Assembly (NCBI GenBank): GCA_951406725.2
Contig: OX597829.1
Coordinates: forward strand, 31,992,001-32,056,000
Direction: 5' to 3'
Source of the DNA: Octopus vulgaris
Taxonomy: Eukaryota
Length of the DNA: 64,000 bases
Each line of letters starts with the position of its first letter. Positions within the stretch are counted from its first letter, which is position 1. Below, in pieces: positions 1 to 18,302 of the stretch. Position numbers and translations under genes: made by a program. The notes under the pieces were generated by a model. That model made no database searches, was not told the DNA's origin, and was given only the letters and a program-made list of their open reading frames with translations.

Positions 1-1703
1 TCTATTTCAGTTTTTAAAGTAAAATAATTTCCAATGTCACTTGTACAATTTGTAATTTTTTGTATATCTTTGTTTAAATTGCTATGATCTCTAGGATAAA
101 GTTTATATTTATGAGCAAAAATATAGCTTTCTTTGTCTCTGAAGCAGTTGCCTGTTCCTTCCCCCAATAACAACCTCAAACCTCAACAAAGCACAATCAA
201 CAGATGGAATATCCTAGAGATGTAAATACAAATTGTATTTATCCAATGTTTTTGACATAACAAAAAAGAAATGTCCTAAGGTTTATGGCTTCATGGCACC
301 ATACCTAGCTGATGTGATTGGTCTGTCATTTCATAGACAGTATGGTATTTGCTGAAAGAGGTTTAGCTGCTACATGGAACATAAAAAGGCTTCATTACCT
401 GCTATTAGGGTTCATAATTTTATAGAGACAAGTGATTATCTAACAATTCCATCTGGTTTGTCAGAAGTTTTAGCCAAATTAAGACTACATAATAAAAGCT
501 AAATTACCTCTTCAGTAGAGACACTTCCATTTTGTTTTATATTTTCAATGAAATTTGATAATTGTCTTGCTTATTGGTTAGGTTTGTGAGGCACTAAAAT
601 ACGTACTTCCAATCTTTGCAGCACATGAAAGCATATTAAGAGTAAATAAATGCTTATCATGTGTATTGAAATATTTAGTCATGTTTGTATACATAAGAGA
701 TGGTTGCTATGTATGATCCCTTAATATGTTGGCTCCCAGATGACTGGAACCCTAGGACAAATTCAGAAGTGATGCTTGTAAGCATCACTTGTGGGGTTTG
801 GTTGATTAAAGAAGGGAAGATAGTCATGCTAATAAAATTGTTTCCTATATTTTAAAATTGTCCAACACTACAGGCAAAGCACTGATGATGCCATCCTAGA
901 TTATTAAATAGTAGTAAAGTTTAGGATTTTGATCTGGAGTTAACTTAAACTTGTTGACATAAATATTGAATTCTCTTCATTAATTTTTCTCTATTTTAAT
1001 TCATTAAAAGTAATTTATATATGAATATTTTTGAGAAAATTTATTGTGAATAAAATTTAAATTGATTTAAATTAAAATGTTGTTTGGAAATATATCATCT
1101 TCATTGCGTATGTTGTGATCTGATTCATTGTGGATAGTAGAGAGTAGGTGTTGGTGAATCTCATGTTGTCCAAAGGAACAGCAACTAAATTTTGAAATTG
1201 TGTCCCACTCAACAAGGAATATCGTAACAAAAAGATTAACTCTTTAGCATTCAGATTACTTGTTTATTTATTCACATTGTTTTGGATTAATTACGAATTG
1301 TCTTGTAGCTTCAAAATTCCAATGATGTGATTTATTTTTTAGAATGAAACTGTAAGGGAGATATGAGAGGCTGGATCTGGTTGGTTTGAACATAAAACGG
1401 GTTGAATATTTTGGCATGGTATGACTGGTTTAGAATTGCTAAAGGGTTAAAGCAAGGACCCTGAATAATGTCTGGGTGCACCATGCTTAAAAAAAAAAAA
1501 GAAAATACTGAGTAGCTTTGCTCAAATGGGACTAACTTGGAGATAAATAATTAACCTTATGTTGAAGATTAAAGAAAATCGCATACATACTCATAGAAGA
1601 TGGTAAATGTCTGGTATATCTGCTTTCTAAGTTCTATTTGTATCCCAGTCAGGTTTCTTTTTAATTAAGATCGTAAAGTTTGTACATTATCATTTGTTTC
1701 TGA

Positions 1704-1856
<153 letters not shown>

Positions 1857-2276
1857 CTGCTGCTACCTTCCTTGCAAAATTTAGTACCTTTTCAAAATTA
1901 CTTTTGTCATTATTTTCCCCTATACCATGTATCAGAGCAATACTTTTTCATGATTTTTTTTTTTTTTTTTTAAGAAAAGGGAAGAAAAAAAAGGGAAATC
2001 ACTATTTAGTTTTAGAGTGAAATCTCATTTTCTCTCCCTGTTTGCATTGTATATTTATCTATTTCCTTATCATTATTCCATTTTTTTTTTTTAGCTTTTT
2101 CCGTAAAGTAATGAAAATGAAATATAAATATACAACACAGATAGAGAGATAATAGAAATTAAATTTATTGGGTGTGTTGAAAACGTGTTACATAAAATGG
2201 AGTGTTTGAGAAAACTGTAGGGAGGTTAAACTCTTTTTCCTTTAATTCTCATTAGTTGTTTGAATTGTGTTATATT

Positions 2277-2313
<37 letters not shown>

Positions 2314-5300
2314 ATAATTTTAGGTTTAGCGAACAGTTTAGGTGAAATAGATATATAATATCTCAGAATTCTCTTGTGTTCAACAATGAACGGTTTTGTT
2401 TAGATATATAATCAAAATGGTTGAGATTTTATAGTTTTTTTTTTGTTTTTTTTTTTTCTTGGCCATTTTGAAAAGTTTAATATATTTACTCATTTGTTAG
2501 TCTAGCGTTAGTGCATGTAATGTGTAATATGTTTATATATTATATTATAAGGATGGTGGACTGGCTGGATTGTTAGAGCATCGGGCATATAATATTAATG
2601 TCTTGCAGTGTTTGTCCTGCTCTTTGCATTCTGAGTTCAAATCCTGTCGAGGTCAACTTTGACTCTCTCACCTGCTAAATCAGAAAGTACCAATCAAGTT
2701 CAAGAGGTTGATATAATGGACTGGACTGTTTCCTCCCTCCTCTCCTAAAACGTTAGAAACAATTATATAAATATTCCTTTATAGTGTCTAAACTTCTGTA
2801 AACAAGAGTAATCATTACACCTATATAGACACTAATTTGACTTTGAAAAAAAGAAACAAGAAATTCACATTGCTTGAATCATGTCTATCATTATTTGCTG
2901 GTCAATGACAGTAACAATTACACTAACTTGAGTGTGTCTCCTTTTCTCTCGCGACAAATATAGCATAGAAATGTTCAACCTTTTATTTTTTAACTGAATT
3001 TATACATGCATATTGATAATTCTTGATCCCAACTTTGATCAACAGCTTGCTATACTAGATACTGGTAGAAATTGCTTAATCTATAACAATGACTTAATTT
3101 GTAGGTGCTAGATGGCTGATGAGTGATGTTAGTCTAAGTAAAATATTTCCTTGTCACATTCTAGATAACAACAAAAATGGAAGCACAACCTCAGTAGTGT
3201 GGTATATATTCAGTCAGTTGCATGTCGGTATGGCAAATACTGAATTACTTGATTCAAGTCCTGTTGGTAGTGTGTTCCTCTGCTTAACCTCAAATTGGTG
3301 TATAGATGGGTATAATGTTTAGATTTTAAGATATCTCAGCAGTTCTTTGGCATTATTTGTAATACAAAATCCTTAGGAATGTCAGTCATGAACTTTTAGC
3401 ATTGGATGCTTTTTATAGCCTTGCGTTTCAATATATGATTTAATAAAGCAGAGGTAAAGCAATGTATTCACATGATGTACTTTGACTGCTGCTACATGAG
3501 ACTCCAAATGCCCTCTGTCATCTCAAAAGATGAAGTTACTCTTTATAAGAGTTCAAGGAGTCCAGCTTGTAATCACACGGGTGTTAATGTCTATCATCAC
3601 AACAATCGCAAAATAATTCTCTAATAAGTCTCAGTATATCTGGTTGAAAGTGGTAGCTTTTAAATGTAGTAACTTTTTAACTTTTACTTAACATTGAGCT
3701 TTTTTTCTTGTACTAACAATGTCATATTGTTTTCATAGCTGGTATTCTGGCTGTTTGAGAGCAAAAGACATTCTGGTTTCTGCTGGTGAAAATTTAAATG
3801 AGACATGATGATAGGTCAATAGAATATAAAATAAAACACTTTGATGGCTAATATGTAGGATTTTCTTCACAATGCATTGACCACCATCACATCAAAACAA
3901 AGATGAGAGGGCATGATCCAGCTATTGTTAATTACCTCTTTGGGCTGGCAATATACATTGTTCCAACAAGTTGTAAAGTAGTTTCCATAGCCATTAATTT
4001 AGTTGATACAGGAACTACCATTAGCTGTATTCTCACAACAGTTCATGAACAAATATACAAAATAAAAATTCAGGGTGGTTGGGGTGGAAGAATACATTTA
4101 TACATCTGTTATATTGACAGTTCTTATTGCGTTCAGAATGATTGAATTTTTCTGGAAATATTCCTATCACTCATACACACACACACACAAATATTTTGAA
4201 CTTTCCCCTTTTCTTTTTGTCATCAAAAAATAAATGCATCATATTTTCTCACCACAACTTGATGTGATAAATCCGTACATAAATACACAGTAATTGATAT
4301 TACATTTAATATACACACTGTTGCATTTTAACAATTTTTACAAAATTATCTACCTCTTAGCAATCATACACATAAATGCTCTTACACACAAACACATAAA
4401 GCTCAAACAATATTTTCTTTGTTAATCTGCCTGGCTGGCTTGTAATGCTGTTATCAAAGATTTTTTAAAAATCTGTGGAAGCCAAAATTTGTGAGTGACT
4501 TTGAATATTTATAATAGAATCTGAGGTTGACTTTGTGAGTTATCCTCTTCCTATTCTTTAAACTTGTTTGAGAAAGTTCTAACTAAAGTTATCACATTCA
4601 TCTGTTCTGTTCCTTTTACCTATTTTTGAAAGAATATTTAACAACAAATTTAATTTTGAACAAAATTAAGTATTGGTCAACAATCTACAACAATAAAATT
4701 GAAGGATGTTGCTTATGATAGGGAGTCTCTGCAGGTTTTTTTTTTTTTATTATTGCTATCATCCTCCAAATATATTTGTGGAGAAGCACATATTAATCAA
4801 ATACATTATGAATAAAGGAAACAAAAAAAAAAAAAACCAACAGTAATACACTGGGGGTGATGTGGGGAGGTTTTATCCATGATTCATCACTTAATATATT
4901 TCCTATTTTCATATTCTTGCTTTACAATCCCTCACCACTACCCTGCCTGTATTCTATTCCAACTTTTCTAAACCTGTATTCTTTTACTGCATGGATTTAA
5001 AGACAGACTTGTTCAATATTAAAATTAAGAAAATAAAACATAAAATAAGTTTCTAAATAAAAAAAAAACGAAAACCAAGAAATTAAATGGTAAAATGTAG
5101 TTTTCAAATATGTGAATTCCTGAGGCAATTAAAATATTTTCAAATGAAATCTATTTTTGTTTATGTTTTTTCTTTATTTCTATTACAATGTTGTTCTTGA
5201 TATGTCAATGGCAAACAGTTACTGGGTGTTTGTATGCTGAAACTTTTTGTTTCTGTTCTAAGATAACTCACAAGAATGATGTAATGGCATGGAATACTTC

Positions 5301-6909
5301 TTAAGTAGGAAAAAGAAAAAAACTTGAAAATTAGTATGCATCTTCAGCTATGCTAGTTGAGAAGTTGCTGTGATTTTCTGAAATCAACAGGGTGGTCAGC
5401 AACAGCCATAGTTAGGTATCAGTAGCTAGTAGGTGGACGGCATGATGTTGTGTAACTACCATAATACCTGAGAGTAAATCACCTGGAAGGTGGTTTTTGG
5501 TGATTTTGCTCAACATTGGGTTGCTGTACTCAGCTGGTTTCTCCACTAGGCATTTAGGGTGTACTAATTGGACCTTACCAGATCAGAGGGATGGGGCTTT
5601 GGGCTGTATAAAAAATCTTTTCTCTAGAATTATATTTCCGAAATCAGTGTGTTTATCATTCCATCTTTGGAATGATTGTTCTTGAAGCAGACAAAGCTAA
5701 ATATTGGGTTAAAAACCCTCTGAATAGAAAAGTTAAAGGTTACTTGTGAAACTCGCACTCACATTTCCTGTATAAATGACAGGCATTTCTGCTTTGAGAT
5801 CCACTGTTACAAAAAAGAATTATTTCAGTTCTTGGAGTTTGTAAATTCTTGACATCATGTGAACAACATACAATTCTCACAAGAAAGAATAAATATTTTT
5901 AAGCGGATAGAGAAATTCAAAGGATTTCTTTGGTACAATGGTAGAACACTCGCCATATTTACAGAAGATGTGGGTTTTATCCAGAGGAATTTTTAACAAT
6001 ATTTACATGTTATTATAGTTTTGTCTGCTTCAAGATTCACTTTTCCAAAAACTTTTTTCACATTCTCTCAAAATTTATAAATTCTTATGAAGTCAACAAT
6101 ATACATATGTATTAGGTTGGGACATACCATTATTGAACTACATATGTCCCATTTTGTTCCACTACTTTTCACAATCTTTGAGGCAGCTTCTTTATCCTGT
6201 TCTCTCAGTTTTTAGTCTTCCAAATAATTAAAGTTCTTCACATTCCTTTGTTTCCAATCTTCTGTGCAAACATGTCTGGCCATGGATATCTAAATCGGAA
6301 ACCAGTGAGGGTTGGCATCCAACTAGAAAATCTTCAACAAATTCTGTCCAATCCATACAAGTGTGGACGTTAGGAATATGACTGTGTGGATCACTTCAAA
6401 TGGTAATGAAGGACATTCAAAGATGGAACATCATGTTTTCCCTTCAAGTCTTTATTTATTGTAATTGTCACAGAGGGCAAATGTTTATCTTCTATTAATA
6501 GAAAAGCAAAACTTATACCAGACAATAAATGTTTAGTCTTTATGCAATATATAAGTGCTATAAAAAAATTATCAGAATCTCAAGTTAAGGCTTTGCTTTA
6601 GTATCCTTTTCTCTTGTTACAATATTTCTGTTGAAATAACACTGCCTTGGTTTTTTATTAACTACGAAGATAATAGAAAAGTAACTTGAATTGTTTTAAG
6701 CTAGTGTTTGGAAAATATGCATGAAATTTTTGATGGAAGGTTTTACTTTAAACCACTTTAAAACAGTAAGTTTGTATCGTAGAACCAAAAGTGGTCTTGG
6801 GTTGATATCAAATAGGTTGAATTTCTTGGTGGAAGATAGATTAAAATACTGCAAGATCTAAAGATAACAGAAATTGACTTGCTGTACATGCAGTAAAAAA
6901 TATTTCTCC

Positions 6910-6986
6910 TGGTTTCCCAGACCCTGGTCGAACCGTCCAACCCATGCTAGAATGGAAAACGGATGTTAAACAATGATGATGATGAT
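6910..6986 (+). mobile_element. 3' tail fragment of RTE-tail SINE/LINE
   Basis: gaaccgtccaacccatgctagaatggaaaacggatgttaaacaa(tga)n, the same tail as the copies at 11757 and 19365. Confidence 0.7.
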
Positions 6987-7384
6987 AACATTTAGGTGAG
7001 CATGAATGGTTAATGTGTTTGGCTCATGATCATAACATCATGGGTTCAATTACTGAATTGGACAATGCATTGTCCTTGAGCAAAGCACTTCATTTGCAAT
7101 TGCTCCAGTGTATTCAGCTATGAGTTTCAGCCAGCTACAGGTACAACCTTCTCACTCTTCTTTTGTTACATTCTCATTGTAGCATTGGGTTTAAACCTGA
7201 GTATTTAAATTACTGTATCAAATATAATGCTTATTTATTCACATTGTTTTGAATTAATCATGCATTATGTCATAGCATCGTGATTCCAATGGTGGGATTG
7301 TTTATTTTTGAAATGACATTGCAGGATAGGTGTGAATGGCCAGTTTTAACAGCAAAAGGTAGAAAGAGTGTCTGCTTGCAATTA

Positions 7385-7890
7385 AACGAGCATATTGGAA
7401 TTAGAAAATTCTAGGCTTAGAAGCTAAATCTAGAATCAAGAAATCTTAAGGTAAAGCTTGCAAAGACAAAGGTTTTAGTAAGTAGGAAAGAAGATGGGAC
7501 CCTGGTACTGACAGAGAAATGGTCTTGCTTAATAAATAGGAAAGGAGTAGGCATAAATTCCATACACTGTACCCAATGTAAGCTATGGATATACAAGAGA
7601 TGTTATAGAATCACAAGCAGCCTAACATAGAAGATAAGCTTTATATGTGACAGATGCACTGGAGAGGTGTCTACTACGAATACAGTGGGAAAGAGACTCT
7701 TGAATGTCTGAGTAGCTGCTCAGAAGTAGTTGATAGCTTTTATTACATAATGAGATATAAATAGTGATACGATTGCTCTGACAGTATATTTATAAGGTAA
7801 GAACAAGTTGGAAAAAGTTCTGGGAGCTACTTCCACAGCTGACAACAAAGATCTTTTCTCTTAGAGTGAAGGGCAGATTGTATGATGCCA
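7385..7890 (+). mobile_element. Decayed RTE-clade LINE ORF2 fragment
   Basis: Interrupted frame NLKVKLAKTKVLVSRK...KGVGINSIHCTQCKLWIYKRC...FICDRC, homologous to the copy at 58250-58775 that carries YADD. Confidence 0.8.
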
Positions 7891-8675
7891 CCAAATTATG
7901 CCTTCTCCACCACCAGATATCTGTCATTTTTCTCATGCACTACACCTCTCTCTCCCAACTTTACACTTTTGCAACTTACTAAGATGAATCTCATCTCTCT
8001 CTTGCTTGCTGACTCTCTCTCTCTTTCTTTCATCCTTCTGTCTATCATATCATTAATATTTTCTGCACTGGCAATCATCTACTCCCCACCACCAACTCAT
8101 ATGAATCATTGATCTCCCCCACCTCCTATTCCCTTTTACTACATTCACCCCTCAACCCTACTCACTCTCTACAGTTGTTACCTACTCTTCCATGTATATT
8201 TATCATCCTTTACTAGTTTTTCACTCATTATAATCATTCCCCATCTCTAACCACTTTTTCTCCCTATACACTCTTGCTATCTCTACACACTCATACTACC
8301 TGTTCCTCTCTCCTAACCTCATCTCTATCTTTATCTCTTTCTAGCTCTACATCAGTCATTCCCAGCCTCTCTTCTATAATGTGAGTAGCTGTGTAGCTCC
8401 TCTACAGCATGAAGCTTGTTCTGTTCTGTTCTCTCATAATTTAACCTTTCATCTTGCATAAAGCCCCTCCCTTTCTCCTGTACCCTTACCTTGTCAAAAG
8501 TAATTTTAATCTTGCAAGCTGCATAACCTCATTGGTGCTGGTACTATGAAAAGATACCCAGTTCACTGTGTAAAGTGATTAACATTTGGAAGAGCAACCA
8601 GCCATTGAAACCAATCCAAAGCAGATATTGAAGTATGATGTAGTCCTCAAACTCATTAGATCCTGTACATTACAA

Positions 8676-10026
8676 GATGTTGGAGACTGACACAATGGGC
8701 GCTTCTATATTTTCTGCTGTGAAAACTTTTTAAAGAAAAAGAAATTCTCTATTATGAAAATTTAGTTTCAGGTGCTACTGATGGTGCAATGTCTACTGTT
8801 GGGAAACACAAAGGATTTATCTCTTATTTAAAACAGTTGTGCCCCCAAATTCTAGTTATGCACCATGTGCTACACAGGCATAACCTCGTAGCCAAAAATA
8901 TAAGCCATATTCTAAACAGTCATTGAACACTGTTATTAAAACAATAAACAAAATTAAATCTAACAGTAAATGTGACTGTCTTTTTGAAAATTTTGTGTCG
9001 ATGCTGATGAACCATATATAAGACTTCCTTTGCATTCCAATGTCCGCTGGCTATCCAGAGGCAACTAGCTGGAAAGATTTGTAAACTTATTTAATACTAT
9101 AGTTGTGTTCTTACAAATAGAAGGACACTTAGACTTAGCAGTTGAAATTCAAGCTCAAAAGAAGAACATACACTATCTTAGTTGGATTTTCTGTAAGCTG
9201 AACGAGGTCTCTCTTCTGCTGCAATGAAAAAATGATAACGCCGATAGACTGTAAACAGGTGACGAGAGCTTATTGAAAAACTCAATCTTTTTCAAGTTAA
9301 TTCAAAACTAAGGCAGTTTCATATGCCCGAACTAGCAGAAATCAAATTATGTGAAAATGACACTGGTATTTATTGCGACCATCTGTCTGCCTTGAAAAAT
9401 GATTTAGAAACCAGATTTGCCGATTTATTTAACTTCGCTATTCAGCCATGGATGATTGACTCATTCAGTTGTGACCCTCACAGTGCACATGAAAATATCC
9501 AGGAAGAAGTCATCGAGATGAAATGTAATGATGAATTTCAAATAAAGTTCAAAAAAGAAAGATTGACTGAATTTTGGTAATCAGACACTGTAAAATTACT
9601 TCATCCAAATTTGTGGTCACAAATGTCGAAAATTCTTTTGTGTTTTCCGACATCATATCTTTTCGAAACTGGATTTAGTACTGTCAATCACATTTTGCAG
9701 AAGGAAAGAAGCAGATTTGACATTATTTCACGTGGAGATATTCATACCTGTTTGAGTAGCATTAAGCCTGACATTGAAATTTTTGCTGAACATCACCAAT
9801 CTCAGGGCTCACACTAGTTAATCCTTTTCTACATTTAAATTTACAATGAAGTTTTATTTTAATTTGTTTTTCTTTTGCATTTACGTGTACAATTTTTTTT
9901 TTAGTGTTGATTAGTCATAATTATATTACATTTAATATTTGTTATTTTTTGGTGGTGATTATCAATTAGCTTACATCAAAAATAGCTTTTAGAGGGCAAT
10001 GGCTGGGAAAAGGTTGAGAATCACTG
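8676..10026 (+). mobile_element. 5'-truncated hAT (Buster/Charlie-like) DNA transposon, decayed transposase
   Basis: ATDGA, HHVLH (CxxH region), VRWLSRG, FPTSYLFETGFS and C-terminal QGSH* motifs, broken by stops and frameshifts. Right TIR aaggttgagaatcactg ends at 10026. Confidence 0.9.
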
Positions 10027-11032
10027 ACTTATGTGATGGAAATGACAGTGACGTGCATGTCTTAGCAAGTCCTATCTCAGCTTCTATAGATTCACACTGA
10101 AAACCATCCAAGAAATACAAATAAATGTGTTCTGTTCATTGCCTAAAATTTCAGTAATACAGTTTGAACCACAGTAATGTGTAACTTCATACACTACATC
10201 AACACTGGGAGTCACTGGTGCCTCTCATGATATTTTAAGAACATTGCACAGGGAGTCAATGGTGACTCTATCATAAATCAAGAGGCAGTTTCAGGCAAGT
10301 TAGTCTCAAAAGGGTTAATGATAGTTACCATACTATTTAATATAATAAGTTCTAACTGCTTATGTACGAGTATATATTGGTATTAATTTCATTTGATCTA
10401 ATAGTTATATTTTATTAAAATAGAACAATTTGTCACATAGAGTAAATAGATACAAAATCTTGGTTCCGATTACAATTAGGATATAATAATAAAAATATTA
10501 CTTAGGATATAATAATAAAAATATTTTTTTTTCACATGGGTCCAAGTCCATAATTTTATAGTCAGAAATGTAGGTTTATTTTAAAAAAAACTGACAGCTA
10601 TATATGACTGCCACTTGGTTTGATGTTCCTGGAATATTAAGAACCAAAGCTGATCTCAAAAATATCTGTGCTCAAAACATACATGTCCAAAGCAATATAC
10701 CAAAGGCATTCAATCAGTCATTTTATTGATCCTGCAACTCCACTAGTCTTCATAAGTGATATTAACAATTTCAAATTTTGGCACAGAGGAGAGATATATT
10801 CCAGGTAAGCTCCGAAGGACTTGAAATAGTTGATAGGATTTAGATCTAGAACAATAAGGAATATAATAAAATATGTATGTCCAATGCTGTATTAATTTTT
10901 GCCTTGCATCATAAATTCTATTAGCGTAAAATGTACGTGCACATGTGTATAGAACATTTGTATTTTATAACACAATATGAAGTGTTAAGCAGGAGATAAC
11001 ATACAAAACTTATATATTGTATAGATAAACAA

Positions 11033-11082
<50 letters not shown>

Positions 11083-11092
<10 letters not shown>

Positions 11093-11226
11093 ATATAAGA
11101 GGAAAGTCACCTAGTGATTTCCTTACATGCTGAAAGTCGACATGAAATCATCTAACCACAAAAAATGCATCTACTTTCAGCATGTAAGGAACCCACTTAG
11201 TGGCTTTCTTCATATATTTGAATATA
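11083..11226. repeat. Imperfect inverted repeat (~55-bp arms)
   Basis: tatattcaaatata..ttccttacatgctgaaagt pairs with actttcagcatgtaagga..tatatttgaatata. Confidence 0.85.
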
Positions 11227-11376
11227 ACTTGCAGTTCTTGGAATTTTTTTTTTACACATACTAGCCACTGGTTTAAATTGTTATTTTTTAATAATAATTT
11301 TTACCCTCATCACTTACATATGTATGTGTGTGTGTGTGTGTGTATTGAGACACTGACTTGAGTTGCATTGGCAAAT

Positions 11377-11441
11377 TTACAGATTAAAGATGCATGCCAT
11401 TGGATAAGCTTTACGTGTTTTCTTATTCTTCTTTGGGCATT
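11377..11441 (-). CDS. Terminal coding exon of small CRIM1-motif/EGF protein
   Basis: ttttcttttgcag acceptor. Phase 1 matches the donor of the EGF exon, giving (K)CPKKNKKTRKAYPMACIFNL-TAA. Confidence 0.75.
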
Positions 11442-11756
11442 CTGCAAAAGAAAAGAAAATGTTTGTGATTAAGTTGAAGATGGTAAGGCATCTGTTGATG
11501 TTGGAGTGGGAAAGAAAGAAGAAATCTGCTGACAGATCTGTAATTTCCCTCATCAACAAAGAGTTGGCAATTCCTTATTTTTCATTGAGTTGTATGTATA
11601 GTAACAGTTCATGTTAAAAAGAGTAATGGTTCAAACTTCAGATATATATACAGAATTTCACCAGTTGAGAGGATTACCTTGATAAGGTTGTGATGACATA
11701 AATTATCTTACGTATTATTATCAATTTTAATAATGTTATGTATATATATATACGTA

Positions 11757-11996
11757 AAATGCACCAATCCGACCGTGGCCGTTGCCAGCCTCGTCTGGCA
11801 CCTGTGCAGGTGGCACGTAAAAAGCACCCACTACACTCACGGAGTGGTTGGCGTTAGGAAGGGCATCCAGCTGTAGAAACATTGCCAGATAAGACCGGAG
11901 CCTGGTGCAGCCTTCTGGCTTCCCAGATCCCCCATGGTCGAACCGTCCAACCCATGCTAGCATGGAGAACGTAGAAACGTTAAACGATGATGATGA

Positions 11997-12000
<4 letters not shown>
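11757..12000 (+). mobile_element. RTE-tail SINE-like element
   Basis: gttaggaagggcatccagctgtagaaac...ccaacccatgctagcatgg...(gat)n tail; several copies in the window. Confidence 0.85.
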
Positions 12001-12053
<53 letters not shown>

Positions 12054-12699
12054 TTTGTTCTTTAGGTTTCCAGTGATGTCATATATATAAGTATACACAC
12101 ACACATACATCTACATAACAGCCCACTAACTATTCTACCTGTATAGGAATATATTTGTGTGTGTGTGTATGTATACGTATATGTATGTGCACATGTATGT
12201 AGGTTCATGGATACGAATGTAAACAGACATACAGATGGATAGGTACACAGGTAATATGAACAGACAAGCGCACACATACACACATAAATAAGCAAATGAA
12301 GACTGGAACACGTAACTATACACACACACAAATATGCAGAATACATACAAACATGCACTCATACATACATATATACATACATGCATACACACACTTACAT
12401 ACAGGCATACATACAAACATGTGTATGTGCACACACACTGACCGACACACATGCACAAAAACAAACAAAAGCATGCAGCTTGGATAATGGACAGAGTCAA
12501 CAAATATTGAAAAGGTTGCAAGACACAAAATTTTTGGAAAAATAAATAAGGAAATGAGTGGAAACTTTACCAGTGAGTTTGTTAAATAATAAGGCACTAA
12601 AAGAGAGTGACTCTCCCAGACACAACAAAATATGCTTCAATACACAAACTCACATAAAGAATCTTGCAAATCAAATCCCAAAACGAGGTAGTGTATATA

Positions 12700-13460
12700 T
12701 CATCATCATCATCATCATCGTTTAACGTCCGCTTTCCATGCTAGCATGGGTTGGACGGTTCAACTGGGGTCTGGGGAGCCCGAAGGCTGCACCAGTCCAG
12801 TCAGATCTGGCAGTGTTTCTACAGCTGGATGCCCTTCCTAACGCCAACCACTCCGAGAGTGTAGTGGGTGATTTTATGTGCCACCGACACAGGTGCCAGA
12901 CGAGGCTGGCAAACGGCCACGCTCGGATGGTGTTTTTTATGTGCCACCGACACAGGTGCCAGATAAGGCTGGCAGACGGCCACGCTCGGATGGTGTTTTT
13001 ATGTGCCACCGACACAGGTGCCAGATGAGGCTGGCAAACGGCCAGATGAGGCTGGCAGACGGCCACGCTCGGATGGTGTTTTTATGTGCCACCGACACAG
13101 GTGCCAGATGAGGCTGGCAAACGGCCACGATCGGATGGTGTTTGTTACGTGCCCACAGCACGGAAGCCAGTCGATGCGGTACTGGCTACGGCCACGTTCG
13201 GATGGTTTTCTTGTGTGCCACGTGCCACCGGGACTGGTACCACAAAGATACATATTCCATTGATGTTCATCTATTTTGATTTGGTTTGATTTTCACTTGC
13301 CTCAACAGGTCTTCACAAGTACAGGTCTTCACAAGTGTCACAAGAAGGAAGGTGGACTGACTACGTCCCAGGTAGGGGCCTGACTAGTCTTGCCGGGTCT
13401 TCGGATGGTGTTTTTATGTGCCACCGACACAGGTGCTAGATGAGGCTGGCGAACGGCCAA
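12700..13460 (-). mobile_element. RTE-tail SINE-like element with internal ~62-bp tandem repeats
   Basis: Reverse complement of the 19365 copy. The unit tttatgtgccaccgacacaggtgccagatgaggctggcaaacggccacgctcggatggtg is repeated about 5 times. Confidence 0.85.
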
Positions 13461-13533
13461 TGCAAATATATGTAGATATATATATATATGTACATATATA
13501 TATATATGATATTGCAAATATATATATATTGCA

Positions 13534-13590
<57 letters not shown>

Positions 13591-13694
13591 ATATATATAA
13601 GTTCAGCAAAAATTTAGATTCAAATGAATATGGTACTTAATTTAGATGCACCAGAATTCTGTATGGTGTTATCCATAAATCTCCGTGGGGTGAT

Positions 13695-13816
13695 TATAAT
13701 CAAAATAAGCAACAAGAATGACTCCGGTAATTTGGTACGATCGTTTCGTACTACATGTAGTACGAAACGATCGTACCAATTTACTGGAGTCATTCTTGTT
13801 GCTTATTTTGATTATA
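13695..13816. repeat. Near-perfect 122-bp palindrome in a Penelope-type terminal repeat
   Basis: Centre ctaca|tgtag at 13755/13756 with ~61-bp arms. The flank 13599-13660 is shared with 53875-53990. Confidence 0.9.
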
Positions 13817-14529
13817 TATATATATATATATATATATTGCATATATATATATATGTATATGTATGTATACATATATATATATAGATAGATAGATAGATGG
13901 ATATATGGGTGTGTGTGATTGTGTATAGAAGAATATATTAATAAAAGGAATTCCAACCTTGTCTGATTTTCACATTTTATTTACAATCTTATAATGATAT
14001 ATTATAAGATAATATAATATAATAGAATAAAATAAAATAGTAGAATGTTAAATGTTCATTCTGATTGAACTAGTACTTTCATGCATTAAATTCTGCAATC
14101 TTCAGGTTCATGTAGTAGTGGTGAGTCATGCTTCACAATTTTTGACTGTAGCAAGATGATTGAATCTGTGCCTTAAATACAGCTGGGTAGGCTCCAGATT
14201 GCTAGGTTTTGCAAACTGTATTCTGACCAATCAGTGTGTAGTATCACTCAATTACTTAAGCTGATTGGTTGGTTGAGCTGATTGGTTTAGGCGTCACACT
14301 TTGTTGGACATATCTTAACCCTGGGCGAGGCAGCAATTGTTGGGCTATTTTTAGTAATGTTGTAAATAGCCTTTCTCAGAGATTTTTATATTTCAATTGT
14401 CATCATCATCATTGTCAGCACCTTAATTATTGTTGCTAGTGGTGATGGTGGTGGCAATAGAACTTTTAACCCTAAATAGGATAATTTTCCTGCTATCTAG
14501 GTATTATTATTATTGCTTATTTAGCTTGG

Positions 14530-18185
<3,656 letters not shown>

Positions 18186-18219
18186 CATGTATAAATATTG
18201 CATATATTGTTTTTATCTT

Positions 18220-18302
18220 TAACCTGAAGAGTGACTATATTTACATTGAAGTGATTTTACTATTATCATTTTTTAAATATAGCCACAAAACACGTGTAGT
18301 TA
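18220..18302 (+). ncRNA. Minimal type I hammerhead ribozyme, G12A-mutated
   Basis: taac CTGAAGA gtgactatat..atatagccac AAAA cacgtg TA gtta. Stem I taac/gtta, palindromic stem III; GAAA has become AAAA. Confidence 0.7.

Noticed and set aside
12722-13600. Cluster of GC-rich overlapping ORFs
   Set aside because: Translations of tandem units inside a SINE-like repeat.
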